Source: Antedon mediterranea (lineage: Eukaryota; Animalia; Echinodermata). Taken from it: DNA of 64,000 nt. Of the stretch, positions 25,701 to 40,013 are shown in pieces (position 1 is the stretch's first letter; every line of letters starts with the position of its first letter). A program made the translations under genes and the position numbers. The notes under the pieces are model-generated. The model was given only the letters and a program-made list of their open reading frames with translations, made no database searches and was not told the origin of the DNA. The stretch lies in the NCBI RefSeq assembly GCF_964355755.1, contig NC_092680.1:5518001-5582000 (forward strand), written 5' to 3'.

Positions 25701-28667
25701 AGATTATACTTTATATATTACTTTATGGAATTTGTAAATTATTTTTTTTGTTTATTGCTTAAAAAACAAAAAACAAATGGACCAGTCGCAATATAGTTAA
25801 TATGGCAGAATACAATACCACCAGAATACATACTTCATTTCTTCTGTTGCAGTGATAGGATTGAAACCATTGCCACCAACATGTCAATTCTCGTTTAAGT
25901 TACCTATTGATGTCAATTCTAAAATGTCACCAGACGCCAAACTTCTAATTTACTACGCTCGTGAGGATAGAGAAATTGTTGCCGATTCAATTAAATTTAA
26001 AGTTGTCAGAGGTCTATCTAATCAGGTATTTTTTGTCAGCTGAAACTGATCAGAATCCCGGTTGATCAAGAATTTTGAAATAATAAGAGTACCCAGGCTT
26101 AAAACAATTAATCTAATAATTATGTTTTTTAAATTTTTTTAATGGTTTCCTCTCAAATCTATACAGGTAGGCAGGAGGGACAGCATGGGTATTTAGTATC
26201 CCATATATCTTATGGTTTTGTATTTTTCATGATAATAAAAAATCTACGACGCGGTCACATTCATCTACAATACTATTTTTATTGAAATTCACCATTTAAA
26301 GAACTTTTTGAAATAATTGTAACATTCATTACACAAATAGGTTAAATTACAATTTGAAGAAAATATGACAAGGCCTGGAGACAAAACAATACTTCGTGTT
26401 CAGTCATCATCAAATTCACTGTGTGCTATTGGAATCGTAGATAAAAGTGTTGAACTCCTTGGAACAACTAACCAAATTACCAATGATAAGGTGAGTTTCT
26501 ATGTTATTGCTTACATTAATGGATCATGTTTCTTAATAGGAAACAATTCTATCCTTCAGCCTTTAAGCATTTTAGTGGCTTCAACTAGGAATAATGCATT
26601 ATAAGAACACGTTAATACGTTTATCGGACAAAATAATCCACGGCTTTATATTTGCTCATAAAAAATAGATAGTTTGTTTTTAGTAAACCCACACCCCCAC
26701 TTTTTTTATTCAGAAAAATTCAGTTGCAAATTCTAAACTCTAGATGTTTACATTTATTCCACACAGGTATTCAATTCTTTAACAACCTATTCATATCAAA
26801 ACTTTGACTACACTTCAAAATGTACTCGTAGCTTATTCATAAATAAACGACCAGAAGACATTCCTCCTCCACCACCACCTCCGAACAGAGGGCGCTTCTA
26901 TCAAAAGACTTACGTCAAAACGAAACATTTGGATAGTGCAACTGTTTTCTTGGTAAGTAGATATATATTTTTAAACTAGTACTGTACTAACTAGCTCTCT
27001 GTACAAACAGAGAGCCACACAGCAATACGCGGTTTTCAAATAGTTTTAGCTACAAATTATATAATTATACAAGAATACAAACGGCTTTTCCGAATGGTCT
27101 GTATCACCCTCTAACGGAACAAGCAACCATTAATGTAACATTAAAGCGTGGTTCCCACTAGCGACGCAACGCAAGGACGTAACGCAACGCAAGTGAATTG
27201 ACCAATAACAAGCGATGGCTTATTCGCTTGTGATTGCTAACTGTCTATAACTTCGCTGGTCATTGGTTAAAACGCTTGCGTTGCGTTTACGTCCTTGCGT
27301 TACGTTCTAGTGGGAACCACGCTTAACTACTAATGTAACATTAACTACTAACGTAACCAAATTTAACCACTAAGTAACAACAGAAGAAAATGTTAAGAAA
27401 TCATCTTAGACTTTAACAACTCTTTGTCATATTTTTTATTTTGAAAGTTGGAAATCTAAAATTGTTTGTTCATCAGCTCTCTTTAACTGGATAAATAATG
27501 GTTTTATTATTATCAAATTAATCGTTTGCCTGCTTTAATATTAAGCTTCAATGTTTTATGTCTCTCGCTTGTATCCTTGGGCAAGATACTTTACATACGT
27601 TTGCCTCTCTCCACCAAGGTGTATAAATGGGAACCTGGTTACATCAAGACACAACTTTGTGTCTGCAATATGGGAGTATGTATCTATATACGTGTTTGAT
27701 AAAAAAAAAATATTGTTAATAATGTTTAGCGGCTCTTCAGCGGCCTCTTTCACAACATTAGGCGCTATATATATCCAGGATATTATTATTTATATTAATG
27801 TTACATTAGTGATTTTGATTGTTACGTTAGTGAGTGATACTGAGAAGTAAACTCTCTAGTTGTATACCAATGTATGTACAGTTTTATGATAAAATAACAG
27901 TAATTGCTGTACTGTGTTCATTTAACCATGTTACTTAAATGTTGCACCTCTATTTTATTTGTCACTGTTATTTTCAGAATGCTGGTGTTGCTTTTACGAC
28001 AAGTTTAGATGTGGAAACAAGACCCTGCTATGAAATCACAGGTAACGCAGTAGTAGTGGTTCTTATGATGAAGGCTAGTGTGGTTTTAACACTTGCTTAT
28101 CACTTCAAAAATAATGTACTAACAGTGGTGAATCTAGTAGTATTAGTATTAAAATGAATTAGTGGTAGTAGGATAGTATCAAAGCATGAGGCGGCCTTTA
28201 AATTATATTATTATGGCGACATGGCGAGGCCTTTAGTAGAATAAAATAAAAACCAGTCCTTTTGATCGAAAACACTATAGAAATGGAATGTCGTTAAATT
28301 TCTTAATTGGACTATTCATTAAATTGTCCCTATTTGGCCCAAATGGGGTATTCTAATTTAAAAGCTTTGTTTTACCTCACTTTTTCAAAATTTCTGATGT
28401 ACAGAACACCACATGGAAAGATTATGGATGGATTATCAAGTGGACATTTTAGTAGAAGGTGAAGCTGAAGCAAAACAGATAGCAGCAAATCCAACAGACG
28501 AAGTCGAAGTCAAAAAAGAAGAACCTGCAGTCAACATAAGAACATACTTTCCAGAAACACTTTTGTGGAAAATTAAAAGAACTCGGTAAGAATTCGAAAG
28601 TGATTAATGTACATACACACATACATACATGTGGTAAGGATTCAATTTTTTAGATGGTCAGATATTG

Positions 28668-28699
<32 letters not shown>

Positions 28700-31600
28700 G
28701 TCTCTCTCTTGACAAGATAACGTCAAAACTCAACGGATCTTTACCAAATTTAAATCACAGATAGATATGTGGTCACGGACGACTCAATTCAATTTTGGAG
28801 ACATTCTGGACCAGGATCCCAATTTTGAACTGTTATTTTATTATTAAGTATAGGTAGTACATCAAAACTAGGCTACAAGGCGGATCTTTATAACGATTTT
28901 TGATCCAGTATCTCTTGTTATTACTCTTGGCGGAGGTTGTATACCGGTAATGCATCTGTATTCGTATTGGTTATTGAACATTTTTGTTTTCAACACTAAT
29001 AATAAAAGCTGAAAATAAACTTCCTATGAATAAGGGGAAGCCAATGCCCAGATTCTGGAAGATGTTTGAGATGACCGATTCCTCTACATTTGTTAAGGAG
29101 ATAGTTGTCGCCTCTCAGTTTCGCGAGCAGGCCCCTTATTTGTATGTCAACATCATGAATGCACGGTGCCTCAAAACGAATCGGCGACCTTCCACTCTCC
29201 TTTTTTGACAGCAAAATGAAATTGAGACTTTTTTATATTACTTTATTTTAAACGAATATTAATAATTGATATAGGTAAGAATAAGTACACCTTGACATAG
29301 TACTACTCTTGTCTAAGCATATAATTAGCACACCTCCATTTCAGAAATTCTGAATCCGTCTCTCTGTTTGATACAATTTCGATATGATTTGTATGCATAG
29401 GATAAATAGTTGAAATTTTTTTTATCTTTTTAAACTTTAAAGTGAAGAAGATGGCGTAGCCAAGTTTGATCTGAAAGTTCCTGATACGATCACCGATTGG
29501 AAAGCAAACGGATTCTGTATATCACCCGACAGTGACATTGGTATTGGAGAAACTACAACATTACGTGCATTTAAACCGTTTTTCGTTTCTTTAACGCTTC
29601 CTTACTCGGTAATTCGCAACGAAAGTGTTCCATTGAAAGTAACGGTGTTTAACTACCTTGCTGACCAATGTCTTATGGTAAGATATGATACATAATATGT
29701 ATCTTACTTTTTAAATCAATTCGTATGTATATCAGTGTAAAATACAATATTTATAAACACGTGGTAATTACAACAAAATACTAACTTACACGTGATGGAG
29801 TACTTTAGTATGCTCTTGAAACTTCTCTGGAAAATACCTGTAATGAAAAGCATAATTTTAGCTCATTAACAAAAATTATTTGCATGCAATGGTTTTTAAA
29901 TTTTTTTTTCGCCTGGTTTTTGTGAAATCTTTTGACATTATACACGAGTATTGACTGATTTTTTTTATGGCATTTTATATTTTTTTTAGGTCAAACTTGA
30001 GCTCAAAGAAAGTAGTAACTTTACAACATTGGGTAATGACTTTAAACGTAAAGTGTGCGTTTGTGGAGGTGGGTCAAAGACTGTCCAGTACAGAATAGTA
30101 CCACATACACTTGGAAATGTTCTCATGACAGGTAATTTTCTTTTGTACACTACACCATTTCAAAAATTGCGCAAAACATGAAATAAATATGATACTATGA
30201 AATGGTTTAAATTATTGTAATGAAATATTGAACTAATTGTAATTAATTTACAATATAATATAAATTTATTTAAAAAATGTAATATATAATATTTTCTGCT
30301 ATGGTTCATTAAAATGTAGTTTCTGCTGTAACCAAGGGTTTCAGTAAAGCACTTGGTCGTAGAATGTGTGACGGTGAACCTGATCGCCCAGACAAACAAT
30401 ACATTGGCTTGACCGATGGAGTACAGCGTGATTTGCTTGTTGAGGTAAGCGAAAACTAAACATACAAACAATTGCGTATAATAATTATATTATTATTGCA
30501 CAACAATTGGTGCATACTAGAATCGGCGTATAACTGCACATACCCAACTACCCATACCATAAAGCGTGCTTACCACTAACTGCGCATACACCAACTGCGC
30601 ATACCACTAACTGAGCATACCACTAACTGCGTATTCCACTAACTGCGCATACCACATTGCATTTTCCTATCTCAATGTTTCTTTCTAACCTCCATTCATT
30701 ACTCTATGTTATTGTATTTCAGTTTATTCTCATATTACACACTGTACTAATATATCTAGCAATGAAACACATCCAATTCAAACTTATCTAGAAATTAAGA
30801 CAGTTTGTGTTTTGGTTTTGTTTTTTGTTTGTTAGCCTGAAGGGATAGAAAAGGATGAAACGCAGTCATCAGTTATATGTTTAAGCAGCAATGAAGCGAA
30901 CGAAAAAGCAAGCTATAAAGTAAACTTCCCTGAAAACATTGTACCTGGATCGGACAGAGTGAAATTACAATTAATTGGTAGGCCTATGTTTGCATGTGTT
31001 TGTAACAAAACGACGAGAACGATTAGGAATGAAAATCCGACTTTTTCTGTGAAGGTCACATGAACCCAATATTGAACCTAAAACCTATAGAATAATAATA
31101 ATAATAAACCCACAATACTCACATTTACTCAATTTTAATAATTACAATGCACACAATTTAGTATATTCTCATTCTACGTCATATCCGCCTATGTTCTTTT
31201 CAATATAATGTAAAGCGTTGGTGTAGGCCATACATAAATTCATTATAATGTATTCAATTTGAAAATGCTCATACGTTTGCGTGATACATATATTTTTGTA
31301 GGAGATATAATGGGACCAGCTCTCAACAACATGAATCATCTAATCCGGTTACCAACTGGTTGTGGAGAACAGAATATTGTAAAAATGGCGCCAAACGTTT
31401 ACGTCTTAAAATACCTTATAAACACAGATCAAATCGAGGCTCGGTTAAAACAAACGATAGTTAACAACATAAGAGCAGGTGAGTTAATTGTTTCACATCC
31501 TACTATGTGTTTGTTTCCTAAATGAGATTTACAGCTATTTGTATACAATTTTAAAATAAAGGTTAATATTGTTCTACAACACTCACTAATTTCAAATTTT

Positions 31601-34600
31601 CGTAATATTTTTGGAGAAACCATTCTCCGTCCTCAGCGGGTGTTGCCTGACTGACGACTGATTGACTCCCTCCTTCTGGACGTAGATGGCGTTCTACGTG
31701 GTGTTTCTTTGAAAGTTATCTGTTTAAATATATAAATAGCTTCCCGTATTTTCCTGAGAATTAATTTGTCCTCTCGGCATAAAATCTTTACGTTAGATTT
31801 ATCAAGTTCGTAGCCTGTGGGTTTAAGGTGTTCAGCAATGGCAGACTGAATGGAGGGGGTTATTGCAATATGTTCCCTCAAAGACATCTTTGTTTCGCCT
31901 ATGTACACTTTGTCACTGCCTTTACAAGGAAGACGATAAACTACTCCTGATTTATCCTCAATGGATACTTTGTCCCTAGGAGGGACAAGAATATGACGAA
32001 GTATCTGATGTGGTTTAAAGGCGGGTGGGGGTACCGTATTGTCCACAAACCCGTTTAAGTTGCTCGGATATACCTTTAACAAAAGGAATCACCACCAGGA
32101 TTTTTCTAGTACTAGATGTAGAAAGATCTAGATTTGAATTCCGAAGTGACTGGTCTTTCTTTACCGTGGCACGCTTAAAACTCCAATCTGCGTATCCACA
32201 GCGTTTTAATTTGTTTTTTATCTTTTGTGGTAGCCACCACCTTTGTTCATCATTCAATCTTTCCTAAATGTATTACAATTGTTGTATAATACTCTCATTT
32301 CATATAATATATAATACATTTCTATTAATACATGTTATTTTCAATAAATCCATCATACTTAACATCTAATATTCAATTAACAATGTTTGTTTTTTTCTTC
32401 TGATTAGAACAATCAGTTGTATTCTTTTTGTAACATATAAATCATTATTTTTTTTTTGTATCTATCCTATTCTTATATAATTTCTACTAGTACTGATTTC
32501 TTCTTTGTATACATATAATCTATTCTAACACATTCCCATTCTCTTAGCATTTTTTTTCATTTTTTTTTATAGATATTTACAATCATAGTATACTATTACC
32601 GTTGCATTTGTTTCGATCAAACATATATTCAATTAACAATGCATATTCTCTCTTTTAACTGTAAATTACTACTTACTAGCTATTTAAACTAACAAAATGT
32701 TAATATTGCTTTTTATTTTGAATAACAAATTATTTTCATTTACCATTGCTTTATATTTTAAATGAATTCACTTTTCAACTGAGTTTCTTTTGCCTTATTG
32801 TTACATAAAATTAATGTTGCATGAATTAGTGAATGAGTCAAAGATATATGATAAAAACCATAAAATATTTAACTACATAAAATGTCGTATATTATGTTAC
32901 CAATCTTAGTACAAATATTGCACATTCCTTGTGATTAGTTCATTATGAAAGACATTAATAAGATTGTTTTTATGGTTACTGTGTTTAAATTTACATATTG
33001 AGAATTTATCAATAAAAATAATTTTATTTATATATTTATAATTCATTCTTTGTGCGTAAAATCCAAACATAACATGTTCTAACTAACATTATTTATATCT
33101 GTGTCCCAGAGTCTCCTGTTTATGGGATGAACTGAGACGAAATATAATGATAAATATAGAGTTAACGTTTTAATGCCGATTTAACATGTTTAATGTATTG
33201 TCTTTTTTCAACTTGTTGTGTGACCACAGTATCAGCTCGATCAAAAAGAGTCCTAATCACACTAAGTTTGTGCTCTAGTGGGTGATGGGAGTCAAAGGCC
33301 AGATATTGGTCAGTGTGAGTTGGTTTTCTTTACACACTGGCCTCTAACCTCCCATCGAATTGTCTTTTCACAAGCGTATCAAGAAAGGGCAACCGTCCGT
33401 CTTTTTCAGGATCGTTGGTGAACTTTATGTGTGGATTCTGGATGTTAATATGTTCAGTAAATTCTTAAATTTTGGATCTGTCGATAATCACATAAGTGTC
33501 GTCCACATATTGAAACCACACTTTCGGACCACTTTTCGCAGATTTTACAGCTTTAAGTTCAAAATCTTCGATATACATGTTCGCGATGATTGGACTAACA
33601 GGAGATCCCATAGCGCAACCATGATCTTTCAAAAGTCTATGACTCTCTACTAGAAACACCAAGTAGGACGCCACCTACGTCCAGAAGTAGGGAGTCAATC
33701 AGTCGCTGAGGAAGCCAAAAAATTAATTACGAAAATTTGAAATTAGTGAGTGTTGTAGAACAGTATTAACCTTTATTTTAATATTTTCCACCGACATTCT
33801 GCAGCCCAATCGAAACATTATCTTAAGCCACAAACTTAATACAATGTGACGATTTTCCAAGTATTCGAGAACCAGGATAAAGTATGTGAACTGTGTTGAG
33901 CAATGTGCTCTATTGATAAGATATGCTTCTCTGATTTAATGGTGTATCTTATTGAATTGAAATGAGAGAGGTAGACAGAAAAGAATTACTTAAGGAATAC
34001 TTTAATTTTAGGCTATCAACGAGAGCTGAATTATCGCAGACAAGATGGATCATATAGTGCTTTTGGTCAATCCGACTACGACGGTAGTACCTGGTAAGTT
34101 GTTGGAGAGCTGATTGACACCTTTAAGTTACATAAAGATGTATACACAAAAAAATAAACAAAAATATGTAAATGTGTTCTTCTATTACCACAATTATTGC
34201 ATACATGCAAACAAATATTTTTAAAAATGAGGTAGAGTAAGTAGATAAAAATGTTGAGTTATCAATGTTTCTTCATTTGGATTTTTCTTTTAAAATAACA
34301 ATAATCATTATATCTATAGGTTAACAGCGTTCGTATTAAGAACGTTTGCAGAATCTGATGAATTCATTAAAATAGATAGCAACCTAATGAGAGAGAGTCT
34401 TTCGTGGTTGATAAACCAACAAAACAAGAAAACAGGCTGCATCATGTCAAGAGGAACTCTATTTAACAAGGCTATGAAGGTATGCCTAGGAGGCCTATTT
34501 GACTTACATAAAACGAATATTATTAACATCATGCATCAGCTAGTTGCTCAGAATATTGGGTAGCATTTTGAACAACTTTAAGCATAGCGCATGTAATTCA

Positions 34601-37455
34601 TGCTCTATGTAATGACATTGGCTTCAATATCTAGGCCTACTAAGGGCGAATGATATTCAGTATATTTCTTACTATTTCTCATTTATGCAAATATTCTTGT
34701 GGATTATCGATAGGGTGGTGTTTCAGATGAAATAACGTTGACCGCATATACTTTGATAACAATGACTGAAGCTGTTGGCCAGAAGTTGGTAAATATTAAG
34801 TTTATTGTCTAAATAATTTATAAAAGAGCATAATCCAAAGCATTCAAATAGGTAATTTTCTATATTTTCTTACATTCTTATTTCTCAGAACGGAGGTATT
34901 GATCTGGCTAGCAAATGTCTTGTCAATCGATGGGATGACGTTGATTCGGGTATTCGGAATGACTCTTATTCGGTTGCATTGCTGGCGTACGCATTCAAAC
35001 TCTCTAAACACGTCCGTTACCAAGAAGTGCTTAGGCAATTAAATGAACTTGCAATTGAAGAAAGTAAGATTCAATATACCTTAAAGAAATAATCGATACA
35101 ATTACTGCTTTGTCAATTTTAAAATAAATATAATAGTTAAATAATAACATTATTTTAATAGATGGATTAATACACTGGGAACGTCCTGAAGGTCTAAAAC
35201 CTAAGAACACATGTTATTACTGCCGAGCATCTTCAGCGGAGGTAGAAATGACTGCTTACGCTCTTCTGGCGCTTGATTTAGAAGTTGGCGCCGACCTAAT
35301 AGAAGCGTTAAAGATCTCTAAATGGCTGATTAAACAACAGAATGCCAATGGTGGATATTCGTCTACCCAGGTTTGTACAGCCATCACTTTATTGTTACTT
35401 AATTGTTTCGTACCATTGCTACAAATTAACTCGATAACTTTCTTTTACAATGTATTTAATCTAACAGGACACAGTGATTGCGTTAAAAGCACTTTCATAT
35501 TTTTCCGAGGCACTTTACACATGGGAAACTACCCAGATGAGTATCACAGCGACCTCGTCGGCTGGAGGTGAAACTGAAACGTTTGAATTAGACTCCTCTA
35601 ATCGCCTGTTACTTCAGAGAATGGACATAGAAAAAGCACCAACAACGGTTGATATAGAGTATTCCGGGACTGGGTGTGCTCTTATACAGGTATAAGTCTA
35701 AATATATATTGTAAAAGAACAAACCGAAATTGAGAAACTCTGAACATTCTAGAAGTAAAATAAAAAGTGAAAATAAGTCACCTAGAAAGTTTCTAGAATT
35801 ATAGTATATATATAATATTATATATCCTAGGTTCAAACACTCTACAACATCTATGAAAAACCAGAAGTGGAAGTAGAACCATTCAGTATCAGTGTCGAAT
35901 CAATCCCAGATGAAAAGCTGGGATGCCAAAAACAGACTGTCCGAATTACCGTATCGTAAGTTATAATTTATAACAAAACAGTAACGGCAATCACATACAC
36001 TGGATAAGAAAAAAATATTCGCTGCGTCAGGATGCAGATAAAGCAATGATTATAAGGTTGATACACCTTGATACGCCACAAACAGCAAATACTACTGTAG
36101 CATAACCTAAAAGTAAATTTAGACACACAACAAGATAATGATTCTCTATAAAATGAACATTTTTTTAATCTTGATATTTAATTCAATTCAATTCCATTTA
36201 TTTCTACACAATACACAATAACATACAGGATAATAAATACGATAAAGTAATCATGTGGGGGAGGGTCATATAAGTCAGAAAGACTTTAAATTTGACCCAC
36301 ACCACGAATACGAAAAAGAAAAAAAATACGTTAAACTAATAATAAATAAAAGAAAACAAAGCTACAATTTCTATTTAAACCACTTTTTCCAATCTTAACT
36401 GGTCTTATGAAATACGTTCATCATATCTTGAAAGTAGTAGTAGTAGTAGTATACTAATTTGAATTCGACAGGTACAATGGTGAAGACCAAGTATCCAGTA
36501 TGTCGATTGTGGAGGTTAAGCTTGTTTCTGGATACTATGCGGATAAAGATTCACTTAAAAGTCATGACACACTTGGATTCAAAAGATATGAAGCTAATGG
36601 TAACATGCTCGAGTTTTATTTTGATGAGGTAATTCGTATTTAAATCTAATTAATATATATTGTTTTAAACGTTGTGTACGTTTATCTATGCCATAAATTA
36701 CTTAATAACGCACATATACCTTCTACACATCTTCTGTATTATAGACTATTAGTTATTATTATTATTTATAAAGACAGCATAAAAGACATACATACATATA
36801 TGTTTTTAATTTGTAGACCTACTGAGTTACGTAGAAGAATTAACATTCATATTTGTTTCAATTTCAGTTCACCTCTGAGCCATTAAGCTTTGAATTTGAT
36901 GTGCTACAAGATATAAAAGTAAAGAATTCTAAGCCTGGAATAGTAACCGTGTATGACTATTATGAAGCAGGTAGGATACCATTGTAGCAATATTGTACTC
37001 CAAAAAAATATTTATATACATTTAACAAACATTTATATTGTTGATCCATGTTATGCATTCTTGTTATTCTCTCTGCTATTTTAACTTACTTTAATTTTAT
37101 CGTGTTTCACCTATTGTTTTCTCTGTTTTAAGGTGACTAATCTATTTTGAAAACATATTTAAAAACCGTAAATAATCTCCTTCCATACGATTTAATTTAT
37201 TTATATGTTTCATATTCTGTTTTGATGTGTGTGAGTTGTGCGGAGATTAGGCCTACATTTTAAAAACTGATCCTGCTTACTTACCATAGTAGGCGGAAAT
37301 ATAAAAATAGAAAAAGATGCTGAATTTGATGTTGAGAAAAATGAGGAAAAAAGAAGAAGATCGTGATGATATTGTCTATAAATTTAATGCTATTTTGTTT
37401 ACTTTGTCTTTTTACAGAATTGAAGTCTGTCAAATCTTACAAGTTTTGTGGGTAG
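19703..37455 (+). CDS. Alpha-2-macroglobulin-like thioester-containing protein, copy 2 (32 coding exons, apparently intact)
   Basis: Same exon layout as copy 1, shifted by ~19.0 kb: 19703-20223, 20511-20703, 21008-21170, linker 26767-26952, 27978-28041, bait 28405-28585, thioester 31302-31478 (GCGEQ 31358-31372), last exon 37418-37455 ([12 protein letters not shown]). Signal peptide [22 protein letters not shown]. No frameshift found in the exons I checked. No C345C domain or GPI/TM tail. Confidence 0.9.
27145..27323. mobile_element. Palindromic MITE (PIF/Harbinger-like, TAA target duplication); copy 2 only
   Basis: TAA|AGCGTGGTTCCCACTAG...CTAGTGGGAACCACGCT|TAA, with an internal inverted repeat ACGCAAGGACGTAA/TTACGTCCTTGCGT. 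A related copy lies at 54571-54711. Confidence 0.75.
31551..33781 (-). mobile_element. Penelope-like retroelement, duplicate in A2M copy 2
   Basis: Same RT (YVDD), GIY-YIG and inverted pseudo-LTR layout as 12514-14741. The hammerhead GAAA is mutated to AAAA here. Confidence 0.85.
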
Positions 37456-38052
37456 TCACTTTACCACCAGTATATGAAAGATGCTACTATAACCAGTAGA
37501 TTAGTTAAAAACATAATAATTGATCAATAAAGTTTTCTAAGATTAACTTTACAGTTATTCTTTGATGAGACTACTATCTTCATCTTTTCTTTAATATTAT
37601 TAATTGTACTACTAAAAAATTTACAATTCATTAAAAATTACTCTAAAATATTCAAATTGCATTTTACAAGTTTCTATTGACTATAGTAACTATTAATAAT
37701 CTGTTAAATAAATATTTCCTGAAAATTATGTTCAAGTACCTGTTATTTGACTCAATTAACATTTATAATAGGTCTACAAATAATGGTGCTGTGGAATTTG
37801 TTAAAAGCTATTTATAGGTAGACATGACATGCTAAATTAAATATTTTGGATCAATTACTGCAAAGCATAAGACAAGATGTTTTGAGTAGAACTTAAACTG
37901 AATACCGATTGACGTTAAGTAAACATTATTTAGAACGAAGAACTCATGCGATCAAAAGAAAACCATCGAAGAATAAGCAACAGACAGTTATTATATTTTC
38001 TATAATTTCTTGTTTTATTACATTAAATATCATTTTGACGAATTAAAGCAAT

Positions 38053-39430
38053 ATGGTCTATTTTTACGTTGTTCGATGTTGGTTAATGTTGATATACTAC
38101 AGTTCGTTTGTTAATACTCAGATGCCTACAATACATCCTATTGAAATTCAAGTGTGGGTTGGAGATAAGGCTACTTTTGAATGTACCACTAGTGTGACAC
38201 CTTCTGAGATGAAATGGTTGTGGTTTAAGACGTATATGGGCAGAACTTCATTTCTAGTGATTGAGGAAGAAGTTATCGATTTCAGATATGAATTTAAAAT
38301 TGACGATGATAGAAGGAAGAGTACACTAACAATATTAAATATCACAGTTGAGGATGGTAACGAGCAATATTACTGTGTGAATATGGAACAAAATCGATAA
38401 ATGCAACACTCTTAGTTCTTATAGGAACTAAGTTAGACATAAAATATCCAGAGTGTAAATCTGATAACAGTACAGTAAATACAGAGAAAACACTTACACT
38501 TCAGCCTGTTTTCCTGTCGACGTTATTCGACGCTATCGTTAACAATTATCGGCGATCTTCAACTTCCGATGACAACAAATCTTATCTAGCTGGGTTGAAA
38601 CATTTGCTGACTGCTGAAGACGAGACGTCAATATTCACACGTAGAGAAGGTATAGCAGCAACTGTTAACCAAAGTTGTTCCATAACGCTCACCATTCCAC
38701 CAACGGTCACTATCATTATAACCCTGACATCCTTTGCTGTTATGGACCCGTTAGAATTTACATGTAAAGTGATGAGTCCGTGGAATGTTACGACATATAT
38801 CTGAAAGTACGATAATAAACCGATTGATCTGACAAGTAAAAAATTCAAACTCAACAGTGACAACACTGAGTTAACTATATCAAATTTACAATCAGAAGAT
38901 GAAGACAATATAGTAGAATGTACATCGATGTCATTTGGATTGAGTGGTAGAGATTTGGTAATAATTTCAATGTATGATTCGAATGAGAAGCAGGAAAATA
39001 GTACACTTTTAATAATGTTTGTAGTGGTTGGATCTGTAGTTTTGACACTGTTGGTATGATTTTCTATCTTCATACTCTTCCAAAATCAGAGACAAAGACG
39101 ACAAAAAGATTATCGAAAACAAGAAGAAATTCTGACAATAAAAACCAGTCTAATACAAATGGGAATTAGCGCGATGCCCTCTAAACAGTATGTCATTGTC
39201 AGAGAATATTTCTCACGAAACTAGTGTTTTCAATTTTCATACCTGAACTAACCTCTTCAAGACATTCTTGTGAAAGGCATACCGATATAACTGATAGAAA
39301 TGAGACTGAAGGAAGAAATAGCTCCGAAACATCGTCATTGGAAAACAATGAAAGCAATGGTAAAGTTAATAAGACTAAAATCGGACACGAATTAATGAAT
39401 ATTCTATATTTGGTATTAAACAATATATAA
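38053..39430 (+). pseudogene. IgSF receptor 1 (long-tail class), pseudogene
   Basis: Leader and V domain open (FEC...WFK...STLTILNITVEDG..YYC). Frameshift at ~38375, D2 partly replaced by unrelated sequence (~38500-38578), stops at ~38802 and ~39057. D3 and TM are homologous to the 43051/55680/58574 genes. Confidence 0.8.
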
Positions 39431-39874
39431 ATTATTTACACACCAGGTATCGTTTGAAGTTATACGGTATGTAGCATAAATTATATGTTAGTATTTCGAA
39501 ATTTTAAATTTAAGCAATTAAATGAAGAAAGGGAAGTTCTATTAAACTTTTCTAATCGTTCCTATTTATTCCTCGACATTTCTTGGGATTTTTAAGCAAT
39601 GCTTTAGTTATATATAGATAGAAAATCCAAATTAAAAGAAAAAATTACTTTTTATTAAATTGTTAGAATCTACATTAATATTTACAACATGTCTACAATA
39701 ATGGTGGTAGGAAAGATTTTTATAGGTGACCCGTAGATGTTTTGAAAAAGAAATTCAATTCAATACCGGTACTGTTGTTAACGGTAAGTAAATATTATTT
39801 ACACACATTGAATACAATGTGCCATTGCGTGTCATACACAACAAAACATAGATTGAAATACAGTATAATAATAG

Positions 39875-39942
39875 ACGCGTTTAACCGAGACCAACAGACA
39901 ACCATCGATAACACTAATCAATCGTTTCAGTTTCTGTGAATC
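39875..39942 (+). promoter_or_regulatory. Conserved upstream element of the IgSF genes (ACGCGTTTAACCGAGACCAACAGACAACCATCGA...CAGTTTCTGTGAATC)
   Basis: Recurs ~70-140 nt before the ATGs of several genes (48614, 55556, 57278) and as orphan copies (46421, 51793). A promoter or 5'UTR role is inferred. Confidence 0.5.
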
Positions 39943-40013
39943 ATAATACATTTGGATAAGATAACTTCTCGTTTTTTTTATATATTAAACATCATTTTTG
40001 AAATTAAAGCAAG

